Shown here: one piece after another, positions 24,052 through 36,428 of the stretch
Layout of the letters: each line of letters starts with the position of its first letter
Numbering within the stretch: position 1 is the stretch's first letter
Assembly: GCF_004010195.1 (NCBI RefSeq)
Contig: NC_057718.1
Coordinates: forward strand, 100,961,637 to 101,025,636
DNA: 64,000 nucleotides
Source of the DNA: Chiloscyllium plagiosum
Lineage: Eukaryota
Direction of reading: 5' to 3'
Translations under genes and position numbers: made by a program
The notes under the pieces: model-generated
The model's input: the letters and a program-made list of their open reading frames with translations, nothing else
The model's database searches: none
Told to the model about the DNA's origin: nothing

Positions 24052-24400
24052 TAGAGGTGATGGCATCATGGTAATGTCACTGGACTTGTAATCAAGAGAC
24101 CCAGGCTAAAGTTCTGGGAAAATGGGTTCATATCCCACCTGATGAAACTTCAGTTAACAAATCTGGAATTAAAAACTCAACAGGGATAGTGCCTTGAAGC
24201 CATAAGATATAAGAGCAGAAGTGACCCATACCCTATTCAATGGGATCATGGCTGATCTGATAGGCCTCAACTCCACTTTCCTGCCTTTTCCCCTTGACCC
24301 TTGATTCCCTCACTGATTAAAACTCTGTCTATCTCAGCCTTGGATTTACTTCATGACCCTGCCTCAACAGCCTCCTATGGTAAAGAATTCCACCAGTTTA
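24052..24400. mobile_element. SINE family 2 head (+, 24052-24180) and CR1 fam-2 tail (-, 24200-24400)
   Basis: Motifs as in the other copies. Confidence 0.6.
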
Positions 24401-24423
24401 TTATTAGCCCTCAAGATAACTTG

Positions 24424-24686
24424 AGGCCTCAGGTGACTGACTGTGTGGAGTTTGCACGTTCTCCCCGCGTCTGCGTGGGTTTCCTCCGGGTGCTCCGGTA
24501 TCCTCCCACAGTCCAAAAGATGTGCAGGTCAGGTGAATTGGCCATGCTAAATTGCCCGTAGTGTTAGGTAAGGGGTGCATGTAGGGGTATGGGTGGGTTG
24601 CGCTTCGGCGGGGCGGTGTGGACTTGTTGGGCTGAAGGGCCTGTTTCCATACTGTAAGTAATCTAATCTAATCTAATCCAATCTAA
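24424..24686 (+). mobile_element. HE1 SINE, 5'-truncated
   Basis: V-domain and (aatct)n tail. Confidence 0.9.
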
Positions 24687-24709
24687 TAACTGTGTTTTTG
24701 TCTCATAAG

Positions 24710-25150
24710 TTCATGTAGCATGAAATCATGCCCTTCGGCCCAACTCGTCCATGCTGACCATGTTTCCTCAACTCAACTGGTCCCATTTGCCTGCATTTGG
24801 CCCATATCCCTCTCAACCTTTCCTATTCATATACCTTTCCAAGTATATTTTGATTGTTGTAATTGTACTCACCTCCACCACTTCCTCTGGCAGTACATTC
24901 CATAAAACACACCACCCTCTGCATGAAAAAGTTGCTGCTCAGGTCCCTTTTAAATTTTCCCCCTCTCACCTTAACAGTATGCCCTCTAGTTTTGGACTCC
25001 CCCACTCTGAGGAAACTACCCTTGGCTATTCATCCTGTCCATGTCCCTCATGATTTTATAAACCTAAATATGGTCACTCCTCAGCCTCCCACGCTCCAGG
25101 GAAAAAGTCCCAGCCTATCCAGCCTTGCCTTATAAATCAAACCCTCCAGT
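24710..25150 (-). mobile_element. CR1 (HER1-like) 3' fragment
   Basis: ESKTRGHTVKVRGGKFKRDLSSNFFMQRVV. Confidence 0.85.
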
Positions 25151-25289
25151 CTAAGTGCATGTTTGAGTAAACATGCTACATTGGCAGTTTTCTAATCCTC
25201 TGGGACCTTTCCAGAATCTAGGTGTTCCTGGAAAATTCATACCAGCATGTTCACTACCTCTGTAGCTACTTCCCTTAATGGCCAAGCAT

Positions 25290-25485
25290 CAATTGGTGTA
25301 AAGGTCCATCTGGTTCACTGATGGAAGGAAATCTGTTGTTCTTACCAGATCTGATCTAAGTGCGATTCCAGATACAGAGAGATGGGGAACCACCCTCTGA
25401 AATGGCTGAGCAAGCTACTCAATTCAAGGGCATTTAGGAATGGCTGTACCAGTGATGCTGATATGCCATAAAAGAAATTAAATCA
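25290..25485 (+). mobile_element. SINE family 2 3' part
   Basis: catctggttcactgatg-gaaggaaatctg core and tail. Confidence 0.55.
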
Positions 25486-26304
25486 ATTAAGGAACGATGT
25501 TGTGTATAAAGCTGCAGCATTTTGGCATGCTACTAAATTCTTTAGTATCATTCAGAAATGACTCTTGTGTCTTCGTCTATTGAATTGCAATATGAAAACC
25601 CATCCTCTAGTCGATTCTTTTGATTTTGTGTAGTGTGATCAAATCAATGGGTTTAAATAACAATGACAAATGAGAGAAATTGTTTTTGATTATGCTAGTG
25701 CCCAATTAAACTGAAGGCACACAGGTCTGTCGAGCAACGAATGGTAAAGACAGCTCAAAAAATCCATTAGAACCATTTGGTCTTTTACTGCGTATTCTAA
25801 GTGTTGAACCCTGCTGTGATACAGATGAAAAAAAAAACAATTAATCCTGGATCTAGGAAGTTCAAACTAATCTTGAAATGGATGTGGTAAACCGAAACAC
25901 TTGAGTAACTGCATTAGCGGAAGCATTTGCTTGGTTAGAACTGAAGATTGAAATGGTAACCACCACATTTAAATGTGAATTTGGGAGTCGGCTGCACTAT
26001 AATTTACAGTCATTTGCTGTTGTAAATGTGGTTATTTACTGTGGAAATTTTTAGTTTCAACAGTGAGGGTGCTACCTTGGAATATCGAGAATTGCAGAGG
26101 CAGCTGAGTGAGTTGAAGGATACAAACATATGAAAGACCAGTTGATTCACTTCATGCTCCGGCAGATCTGTATTCTCCAGGGGCAGGTGAAAAAAAAGCA
26201 ACATCTCTAAAGGAAAAGCCAACATGGGAAACTCTCCCCTAATGGCCTCAAAAGATCTCATCGACCTCCTGGTCTTGTTACCTCTTATTCTACTTACCTT
26301 CCAG

Positions 26305-26730
26305 GTGGTATGATCCCTTCGGTCCAACCAGTCCATACCGAACATAATCCCAAATTAATAGCCAGAGACCTTTCCCCAGGGCAGAATTGACTGGTACGAG
26401 AAGTCATAGTTTGAAGATATTAGGAGGAAGGTATAAAGGAGACATTGGAGGTAGGTTCTTTACTCACAGAGTTGTGAATGCATGCAATGCATTGCCAGCT
26501 GTGGTGGTGGAAGCCGACTGTTGGACATGCACATGGATAGCAATGAGTTGAGGGGTGCGTAGGTTAAGTTACTATATTTTACATTAGGATTAAATCGTGG
26601 CACAACATCGTGGGCCAAAAGACCTGTTCTGTGCTGTACATTTCTATGTTCTATGTTCTAAACCAGTGCCACCTGCCTGGGTCTGGCCCATACCCCTCCA
26701 AACCTTTCCTATTCATGTACTTATCTAAAT
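26305..26730. mobile_element. CR1 tail (-) interrupted by a CR1 3' fragment (+, ~26360-26660)
   Basis: ccaaccagtccataccgaacataatccca...aaccagtgccacctgcc is split by a plus-strand tail ending ctatgttcta. Confidence 0.7.
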
Positions 26731-27059
26731 CCACCACACAGCTGGAACCTCATTGCCAAGGCTCCCTACCCTCACCAAAAATAGGAATCCCTTGAAACCC
26801 AGTTTGTTTATATCCTTCCATAGGAACCCCACCTCTCTGTGTGACTCGATGCGAAGGAACTCATGGGTTGAATTTGAACAAGAGCAGGGCACTTTTCCCA
26901 TGTGACCTGGCCAATGTTTGACTCTTGTCCAATATCTTTTTTGGGAAAATATACTTTATTCATAAGAAAAGGAAATCTCAAACACAGTTACTAAAGCAGT
27001 TCAAATCTATACAGATATTGTGTACAGAGAAGAAAACAAGTTTTGGGTTTGACTTCCTC

Positions 27060-27330
27060 AATTGTGGTGTGCAGTGAGAGAGGGACTCACTGAAATCCTT
27101 GTAGAGGGAGGAAGAGAGCTTCTTCAAGGAAGGCGTCCTTGCAAGAGGATTTGCAGTCGGTTAAAATCTTCTCGGAGATAGTGAGGACTGCAGATGCTGG
27201 AGATCAGAGCTGAAAATGTGTTGCTGGAAAAGCGCAGCAGGTCAGGCAGCATCCAAGGAGCAGGAGAATCGACGTTTCGGGCATGAGCCCTTCTTCTTCC
27301 TGAAGAAATATGAGGGGGAGGGTGGGGGTG
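27060..27330 (-). mobile_element. PLE family A pLTR plus adjacent element sequence
   Basis: Reverse complement of 8620-8740 and of 21625-21692. Confidence 0.8.
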
Positions 27331-28908
27331 CTACGTAAGTGCAAGTCTTTCTCTGCTTACATTTATCATTATCACTTCTAATGATGATCATTAGAATCAT
27401 TAGTTTATCATGTCGATGAAGGTGGGAAGTTACTGGGTTTGCACTATGTGCCATTGATTGTGCATGTGTTACTGTAAGCTGGAAAAAAACCCATATGCAA
27501 TGAATGGCCATTAAAGGAAAATCTCCTTCTAGGTCGAGATTAATGCAATTATTGTGAAGGGCCCAGGTAAACGCAACCACATTGTAATGAGGAATGTAAT
27601 TTTAAAAAGTACTTTCGATAGAAAAGTTATTTTTGTCATGAGAAATTTCTGAGAAACAGAATGGTTTATGGATTTTCGTTCCCCCAAGAAGTATTTAGAG
27701 CATTTTATGGGGAAGTGGCAATAAAGCAGCAACATTACATTGCCTTGAGACTTCTGGTCATAAGATTAGCATTGATAATCTTATTGGAGAATCTCCTGGT
27801 GATGTTGCAAAAAACATCCGTCTGGATTTTCCGACGAGGACACTGTCTCCTCTGAAGCGTAGATATGGGTTGAGCATGGGAATCCTACAGAACCTCCATT
27901 GTAGCTGTCTTCAAAAGATTTCTGGAGGATATTGAAGATTCTGCTGGGCAATTCACCTCTGCCCGGTGCCCTCTAAAAGACACCATTGAAATCGTAGAAT
28001 GCCCAGGTAGTTAAATAGATAGGTACTCCGGAAAACTAACTCCTGGGTAACTAGTAAACTGATCCACCAACTTAGCACACTGCCCCAAACTCCTTACACG
28101 CCCCAACCCTGTCACCCGACCCAATTCCCCTCGTCTCCCCCAAGGGCCTAAAACACCTCAGACTGCACCTGATAGCTCTCCACCGCCTCAGCCCCTACAC
28201 CTATCCCAGCCCCCTCCGACCTATCCCAACACTCTGTCATTTACCTGCATTCCCCCACTGTCTATTCTCCTGGCACCCTTCTCACCTGGTACCCTAATCT
28301 CACGCTTATGTCACATACTTAGCATTTCCCATGAGCTGTCAAAGTGACCATCTGCAATGCTGGACCCTATACTTTACAGGATACAGCAGCTGACTGCTGT
28401 GAATAAGGAGGCACAGTTTTCCTTCCCTGAATATCCTGCACTGCACGGGATCTGTTTCAGAATGGGCACTGACCGGAATCCCCTGTCAGATATGTCGAAC
28501 ATGCTGTTTGCACATTATAGAAGGAGCGGTGTGCTATCTGGGTGTAATTGTGGTTCCTGGGAAATCATTCATAAATGCACACTGAAATCCCTACTGTAAG
28601 GCAGATTTCAGTGAACACTATATTAGACTTCCCCTTTGTAAAGAGCCAAGGAGGGAATCCTACAGCCTTGCATTATTAAAGTTATTGGGAGCTTGGCTTG
28701 GACTATTGGTCCATTTTCTGTTAGGTAAGGTGGTAAGCTAAAGGAAGAACTCAGAAAGAAGGCTTGAAGTAATGACATGAAATTATTCATGAGCTTGATT
28801 TTCACTATGGTCTAGCAGGAGTCCTGCAGTGCACCAGCACAAACATGGACAGTTATTTCCAACTCTTCACCATAGAGTGCTGATGAGGCTGGATCATTAA
28901 GTATAAAT

Positions 28909-29285
28909 GATGTGAAGGTGCCGGTGTTGGACTGGGATGGATAAGGTCAGAAGTCACATGACATCAGGCTATAGTCCAACAGGTTGGGCGGCACGGTGGC
29001 ACAGTGGTTAGCACTGCTGCCTCACAGCGCCAGAGATGTGAAGGTGCCGGTGTTGGACTGGGATGGATAAGGTCAGAAGTCACATGACATCAGGCTATAG
29101 TCCAACAGGTTTATTTGAAATTGCAAGCTTTTGGAGCACTGCTCCTTTGTCAGGCGAAGCGAGAGAGAATCACACAGACACAGAACTTCTAGGCAGAGAG
29201 ATCAAAAGATCATAGAAATGGTGTGACTGGAGTGTCGACAGGCTGAATAATAAGTCTCTGTGGGTGATCAAAAGTGTCAGATGAG
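28909..29285 (-). mobile_element. PLE family B remnant with an exact 77-bp duplication around an HE1 head
   Basis: 28909-28985 = 29035-29111; insert 28986-29034. Confidence 0.75.
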
Positions 29286-29309
29286 ACAGGGCTCTTGTGA
29301 CACAGTGGT

Positions 29310-29770
29310 CTGGAGGGTTTTATTATGAGGAGAGGTTGGATAAACTCAGATTATTTTCACTGGAAAGACGGAGGCTGAAGGGTGACCTGATAGAGATCTA
29401 CAAAATTATGAGCAGCATAGATAGGGTGGATAGACAGATAGGGTGGATAGACAGAGGCTTTTTCCCAAGATGGGTAGGTCAACTACAAGAAGGCACAGGT
29501 TCAAGGTGAGTGAGGGAAGGTTGAGGGGAGAAGTGCAGGAAAATTTTCCCCACAGAGGGAGGTGGGTGCCTGGAACGCACTGCCAGTGGAGGTGGTGGAA
29601 GCAGGTGTGTTAGCAAGGTTTAAGGCATATCTTGATTGACACATGAATGGGAGGTCAAGAAAGGTTCAGAAACTGCGCATGGGCAATAAGTAGCGGGTCT
29701 AAATAAGGATTAGGAATCGGCACAGGCTTGGTGGACCAAAGGGCCTGTTCTTGTGCTGCATTGTAATGTG
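29310..29770 (+). mobile_element. CR1 3' fragment inserted in a short tRNA-SINE (29287-29309, 29772-29860)
   Basis: YEERLDKLRLFSLERRRLKGDLIEIYKIM. Confidence 0.8.
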
Positions 29771-29864
29771 TTGTAATACCCCTGTCTCTGAGCCAGGAGA
29801 TCCAGGTTCCAATTGCACCTGCCCTAGTGGTGTTTAATAACAATCTGAACAGGTTGATATCTAT

Positions 29865-30020
29865 TCAAGGCTGAGATACAGATTTTTCATCAGTTGAGGA
29901 ATGCACGGGCTATGGGAAAAGGCAGGCAAGTGAAGTTGAGGATTATCAGATCTCATTGAATGGCGGAGCAGACTCAGTGGGCTGAATGGCCTACGTCCCC
30001 TGATGTGTCCTATGGTTTTG
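29865..30020 (+). mobile_element. CR1 fam-2 3' tail
   Basis: attcaaggctgagatacagatt...ttgaatggcggagcagactc. Confidence 0.7.
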
Positions 30021-31034
30021 TAGTTCAATGGCCTCCGGCTGGGTGCTGAAGTCAGTCTATGATTTTATAAATGATGTTCAGTGCAGACAGCTTACAGATC
30101 TCTGCTGTCTGTCTCTCCCCCTTTCTCCAATTACTGTGTTACATTTGCTGCTTTCCAACCCTCTTGGACCAGATAACATGTGACCTCTTAAAAGTTAGAT
30201 ATTTCACAAATGACTCAATAAATTGCCTTTCAATATGTGTGCAATAGTTCTTGCCTCCCATTGTCAGCCTGGGTCAATAAACTGGACTTGACTTGATATT
30301 TTTAACTGACAAAATTGTTGGAGAGAGCTTTCAATTACATCTGCATGTTCTGATCTGATGCAATTCTCTGAATTCAAAAAATCCATTAACATGATTTGAA
30401 GCATAGAAGGTTTTGACTTCTCATTGTGTGTGGATTTGGCTTTCCAGAGGACCACAAAGAAAGAAATAGGTGATTAGATTGTTAAAGTTTTTGTTTCAGA
30501 CAAGACTGCCTCCGGCTTAGTGATTCTAAAAAGCCAAGTGTGAGCAGGAACATTCACAAGCAAAACTATGTGTGACTGTGCTTTCCTCATTGACTTAAAA
30601 CAGAACACAGAAATTGCTTTCAATAGATTTATCGCAGTTAAAATTTCACTTTTACTCTATCGGTTTTGAGGTTCAAGGGATTTGTATAGCTACAGGAAGT
30701 TAATGTTTGCTGAAGTCAGCTAACTCACGATATAACCTTGTGGCAATCATAGCACAGAAAAAGCTCTTCAGCCCATCTAACTCATGTTGGTATTTATATT
30801 CCAAGCAAGTCTACTCCTGTCTCATGCCATCAACATGGCTCTATTTCTTTCTCCCTCATGTGTTTGTTCAGTTTACCCCTGAGATCTACATTGTAAACCT
30901 TCTGTTTGGAGTAAAGAAGTTTAAACTGACTGATCTAATATTTTGCCAAACATTCTGTTTCTCTGACTCCTCAAGCAGACTGTCATTACATCTTACAGAC
31001 TGTGCTTTCAGCTGATTGTTCCCTATCCACTGCA

Positions 31035-31590
31035 GAATCACAGAGGCACAGAATTGTACAGCACAGAAACAGATCCTTCGGTCTAACCTGTCCATGTCAA
31101 CTAGATATCTTAAACTGATCTAGTCCCATTTGCCAACATTACTGTAAGTAATCTAATCTAATTTTACCCATATCCCTTTAAGCACTTCCTATTCATGCCC
31201 ATCCAGATGCCTCTTAAATGTTGTAACTGTACCAGTCTCCACCATTTCCTCTGACAGCTTATTCCATACACGCACCACCCTCTGCATGAAAAAGGTGGCC
31301 CTTAGGTCTCTTTTAAATTTTTGGCCTCTCACTTTCAACCTATGTCCTCTAGTTTTGGACTCCCCTACCCTGGGGAAAATGTATTGTCGATTTACCCTAT
31401 CCATGCCCCTCATGATTTAATAAACCTCTATAAGGTTATCCCTCAGCCTCCGATGCTCCAGGGAAAACAGTCCTAGTCGATTCAGCCTCTCCCTATAGCT
31501 CAAACCCTCCAACCATGACAACATCCTTGTAAATCTTCTCTGAACTCTTTAAAGTTTCACAACATATTTCCTATAGCAGGGAGACCAGCC
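31035..31590 (-). mobile_element. CR1 (HER1-like) 3' fragment with a 22-nt HE1-tail insert at ~31141-31162
   Basis: ORF MRGMDRVNRQYIFPRVGESKTRGH...; insert actgtaagtaatctaatctaat. Confidence 0.85.
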
Positions 31591-32152
31591 TTATGAAACT
31601 GGAAGTTACACACAAATACGTGAAAACAATATAACTGGAAAGTGTTCCTTTACAAATGAAAGGAATTTCAGGGGGATGGTTGCTGCCTGGAAATATGGTG
31701 AGGATGTTAGCATCTAAAGGCGGTGAGAACAGTTTGGGTGCCTTTAACAAATCAAAACCTGTTAGTGAACAGTTGAGATCAGCCAACAAAGTAGCTAGCC
31801 TCCCTGTTTTTACAACCTGCCTGTTTAGATAACTTTAAGGACAGAAGCCAGTTTTGTTTCCCAGAATAGCTAATGTGTGACTCCACAAAAATATTCTTGC
31901 CTCTTACCTATTCTTTGGCATGATGTGGCAAGTGGTGTTTGGAATGAAGGGTGAGTAATAAATGGAGAACTTGTCAATAACAGGCAAAACCCAGTCATTG
32001 AGGAATAGAAACAACCCTAAAACCAGCCTACAGCCTGATTGACCACAACCTCTCAGTTCCCAACATCTCATGACTCTCCCCAACATTTTCAAGACCTCTG
32101 CGATCAGATGGCATGTTTCTTGGCTTCCCGTTCTTCTTTAACCTCCTATGTG

Positions 32153-32445
32153 TCATAGAATCGGAGTCATACAGCACAGAAACAGACCCTTAGGTCCAAC
32201 CAGTCCATGCTGAACATAATCCCACACTAAACTAGTCCCACCTGCCTTCTCCTGGCCCATAACCCTCCAAACCTTTCCTGTTCAAGTACTTAGCCAAATA
32301 TTTTTTAAAGTTTGTAATTGTGCCCACATCCATCACTTCCTCTGGAAGTTTATTCCACACACGAACCACCCTCTGTGTCAAGAATTTACTTTGCGTGTCC
32401 TTTTAAAATCTTTCTCCTCTTACCTTAAAAGTATGGCCTCTAGTG
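32153..32445 (-). mobile_element. CR1 3' fragment
   Basis: Tail and 3' ORF2 similarity. Confidence 0.8.
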
Positions 32446-32689
32446 TGATTCCATGAATTACAAAGGAGTCTTGCCCACAGCAAGATGTTAAAAATAAATG
32501 CTGTAAATAATTTGTAAAATATCCTTCACCTTTTATATTGTTCGTCCTTTGGCAACAAGGGCAAGCTGTTTAAATGCACTAATGCTTCTCCGTTGACATG
32601 ACTGACCTATACCCTGAACAGGGAAGAATTGCAGGACTGGAAACTATTTACTTATGCAACCCCATATTCCGTAACAACGAGGAAGCTAT

Positions 32690-33330
32690 TTACAGTAGCA
32701 CATTGCCTTTAATGTGGAATGAAACGACCAATCCCCTGATTAAGAATATCGTTGACACTGAACCTCACAAGGAGATATCAGGACAGATGAACACAAACTT
32801 AGTCAAAACCTTGAGGAGAGAAAGGGGTGGGGAGGCAGTGGTTGGTTCAGGGAGGGATTTGCAGAGTCTGATACCCCAGGCAGCAGACCGTAGAACAGTC
32901 GAAATAGCAGAAATGTGGAAGAGGCCAGAACAGTTGGACCGCAGCGATTGTGGTAGATTCTCAGGCTTGGAGGGTGAGAGAGGGGTATTTTGAAGGTGAG
33001 GGGAGACAGGAGGCCGTGGAAGATTTCAAAGCAAAGATGATAATGAAGTAACTCCACAAAGGCCGTTATCTGTTCAACAAGTCACTCTTTATTCACAAGG
33101 GCATAGTACATGACACTGACCTAGCTCGCTCAGGGTCTGTTGTCAGAGTGAACAGGACCCCTGACATTTCTGCTTATACCTGTCAACCAGGGCTCCCTGA
33201 TTGAACCAGGGTAACAGCCCCAATCAGGGAACTCATATTCAGTGAGGTCCACCTGGCTGACCTCATTCCAGTCACCAGAGAGAACTTTAACATTGAGGCA
33301 TTGTCTGGTGCCAGTGCAGGTCAGCAAAAA
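32690..33330 (-). mobile_element. Decayed L2-like LINE 3' part, interrupted by a solo LTR
   Basis: gacactgaacctcacaaggagatatcaggacag...ggccgtggaagatttcaaagcaaagatga, resuming gagaactttaacattgaggcattg after the insert. Confidence 0.55.
33044..33277 (-). mobile_element. Short solo LTR (about 230 bp)
   Basis: TG...CA ends. On the minus strand: paired ccctgattg/caatcaggg CCAAT-like boxes, then TATAAG, then AATAAA, in U3-R-U5 order. No clear TSD. Confidence 0.6.
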
Positions 33331-33580
33331 CCTGGGCATCCCCTTGCCTTGGGATTTGCTCCTCTTCCTCCTCTCCCGAGTGGGATTCTCCACAGTTTCC
33401 CTTGTGCTGAGGAATATCCCCCTACATTCCCACTTTCAGTCTCCAGTCCCTCAGTTTTAAAGGCTGGACACCTCCTCTTTTCCAATAGGAAATCTGTTGA
33501 AATGTTGTTTTTAAATTGTGCACCTCTTTTCAAATTGTCATGAACATTTGGATCCTTTAGTTGAGCTTTGAAGGATGGAG

Positions 33581-33642
33581 AATTCATCAGCTGGTGAACA
33601 TCTGAAGCTAATTCATCAGCTGGTGAACATCTGAAGCTAATT
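33581..33642. repeat. Exact 29-bp tandem duplication
   Basis: aattcatcagctggtgaacatctgaagct x2. Confidence 0.95.
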
Positions 33643-33939
33643 TGCCGCGCTGCATTTGGAGATTTGGGAGAATTTCATGTTTGTGTAGAAGTCATTTTTA
33701 AAAATATTTCGATGTAGTTACACTAGTGCGTTTTCTTTTTGAAAGTCATATGATATTGATTTTAATAAAATTGCCCTTGATTCATTGTGGTGGTGTATTA
33801 CAGATCTCTCAGGAAGTTTGTGTTGCTGTGGCAATGAACTCTTTTATATTCATGTTATAGCCTGGAGCTATGGATAGTGATGGTAGAGACTCCAATGTCC
33901 TTTGCACTTTGCGACTCACCAGGAAGTGTCGCTGGTTAA

Positions 33940-34110
33940 ATACACACAAGACTGAGATGGAGAGATTTCTAATCGTTAGGAGGATCGAGGGTTATAGCTG
34001 AAAGGCAGGACACCGGAGTTGAGGATTATCAGATCAGCCATGATGTCATTGAATGGTATTGCGGACTCAGTGGGCTGAATGGCCACGTTTTGCCCCTGTG
34101 TTTTATGGAC
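33940..34110 (+). mobile_element. CR1 fam-2 3' tail
   Basis: gatcagccatgatgtcattgaatgg...gggctgaatggcc. Confidence 0.7.
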
Positions 34111-34884
34111 TCTCTCCTGCTCTCGCCATCTGTGTGCATTGGGAAGATTTGCAGATTAATGCTTTGACTGTCTGGCCATGTTATGAATGCATCTTCTTAA
34201 GACACTGAACCGTGAAGTGGGATTCAAACCTGGGGCCCCTGGCTCAGAGGCAGCAGCACTACCCATTGAACCCCAATTAATTCTGGTTGATAGTGCATAA
34301 ATTTGAACTGCAATCTCATTATTGTCCAGCAGTGTTTGGTTGTTAGTCAGGTAGTGATGGCAGAAAAACTGGGCGAGTGGTGTCACCTCATATGCTATTG
34401 AGAAGTCATAACAGTTTTTCTTGAATGCAGTGAAAACTCCCTGAGTTGGCGAGTGCGTGCATGTTCTATATTTTGAAACTCTGTCCAAACACAGCTTAAA
34501 CTGATTGCACTGAGTGACTTTAATCTAACTCTGGTCTCTATGTTTTGCCTACTGTTGAATAAAGCAGCTTACTAACGGAATACAATAACACTTTGCCTGG
34601 CTTTAACTGGGCACACCATTGCAGAGATGACAGGAGATCAGGAGATCCAATCAGGATTTCGATCAGGTCTCATTGTTACATTCTCAGCTGGCAGATATAA
34701 GGTGATGAGAGTCAGCATCTCCGCATAAAACAAATCGGCAAGCAGAAAGGCAGATTATAAAAGGGAATTTGCAGTTTGAGGAATATTGATTGTCCAACTT
34801 TCATTTTTCCCATCTAACAACAGAAACTAATCGGCTTTGAAACACATTTGGCCGTTTTGCGAACCTGATAGGGGTGGCCAATGA

Positions 34885-35112
34885 AACAAACACAGAGACT
34901 TCTAGACAAACTCAGCAGATCTGGCGGTATTGGTGGAGAGAGAAACAGAGTTAATATTTCAAGTCCAGTGTAGACTTCTCTTTAGTGTCATACCAGACTC
35001 AACTTGTTAACACTATTTTTCTCTCTCCACAGATGCTGCCAGAACTGCTGAGTTTCTTCAGCATTCGTTGTGTTTGTTTCAGATTTGTAACATTCGCAGT
35101 ATTTTGCTTTCA
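34885..35112. mobile_element. Fold-back PLE family E element
   Basis: Arm ~34885-34960 is complementary to ~35005-35080. Confidence 0.7.
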
Positions 35113-35745
35113 TTTGAAGGATGATAAAAGTGCATCTTTCTTTTGGTTTCTGACTGAAGTTCTCTTTCTGCCTGCCCCTCCTGCACTCCTCTCATTCTGG
35201 TCTTATGTCCCTCCTTAATGTTTGGCTTGGTACTTGCACTTGGCTCCCTTACATAAATCTGTATGGTGGATACTGAAATTTTATTGGGTTTTTTTGTCAG
35301 ACGTTGGATTGCATTTAGTCTTTATCTCTTCCTCCAGTTCCACCCCCAGTCATGGGTTTCTTTCTGAGGAAGATGAAAATCCTGACATGGAACTGTGAAA
35401 GTCAGCTTATATCTCCCTGTGTAAGAACATACAGTTGACCGTTTTTGAATGCCAGTACTTGTGACCTGGTGAAGAGGCAAAATGTTCCAGAGCTCACTGT
35501 CTTCCTGGAGGATTCCAGAGTATTGTCAAGAAACTAATGTGATGCCCCTATTCAAGATGGGAGATTGACAGAAAGCAGGAAACGATAGGATGGTTAATCT
35601 AGCTCTGTTGGTAGGAAAATACTAGAGTCCATTACTAAAGAAGAAATGGCAGCACTTTTAAAGTAGGGATGTCATGTTACAACTGCACAGGGTGTGGGTG
35701 CAGCTGCACCTGGAGTAGTGCACATAGTTTTGGTCTCCTGTATTT

Positions 35746-36061
35746 CATAGAATCCCTACAGTGTGGAAATAGGCCACTCAGCCCATTGCGTCCACATCGG
35801 CCCTCTGAAGAGCATCCCACACAGACCCATCCCCACTGCCCTATTTCTGGGACATGACCCCTCGTACCCTATCCCTGTAACCATGGCCAATCCAGCTAAC
35901 CTGTTCATTTTTGGGAAGAAACCGGAGCGCCCGAAGGAAACCCACGCAGACATGGGGAGAATGTGCAAATTCCACACAAACAGTCGTCCGAGGCTGGAAT
36001 CGAGCCTGCGTCCCTGGCGCTGTGAGGCAGCAGTGCTAACCACTGAGCCACCGTGCTGCCC
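35746..36061 (-). mobile_element. HE1 SINE
   Basis: Reverse-complement head gcagcagtgctaaccactgagccaccgtgctgccc. Confidence 0.9.
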
Positions 36062-36146
36062 TTAAAGAAGGATATGTTGGCATCGGAGGCGGTTCAAAAG
36101 AGATTCACGAGATCCATGGTTCCTGGGATGAAGGGATTGACTTATG

Positions 36147-36428
36147 ATTAGATTCCTTACAATGTGGAAACAGGCCCTTTGGCCCAACAAGTCCACACCA
36201 ACCCTCCGAAGAGTAATCCATCCAAACCCATTTCCCTTTGACTAATACACCTAACACTATGGGCAATTTAGCATGGCCAATTCACCTGATGTGCACATCT
36301 TTGAATTGTGGGAGGAAACCAGAGCACCCAGAGGAAACCCACGCAGAAACGGAGCGAATGTGCACACTCCACATAGACAGTTGCCCAAGGCTGGAATCAA
36401 ACCTGGTCCCTGTGAGGCAGCAGTGCTC
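36147..36428 (-). mobile_element. HE1 SINE
   Basis: Tail, V-domain and most of the head on the minus strand. Confidence 0.9.

Noticed and set aside
27800..28610. C-rich stretch that may be an old repeat (similar impression at 59370-59700)
   Set aside because: I could not define termini, a TSD or a family from the sequence alone.
28880..28910. ctgatgag as a hammerhead core
   Set aside because: No stem II or GAAA follows.
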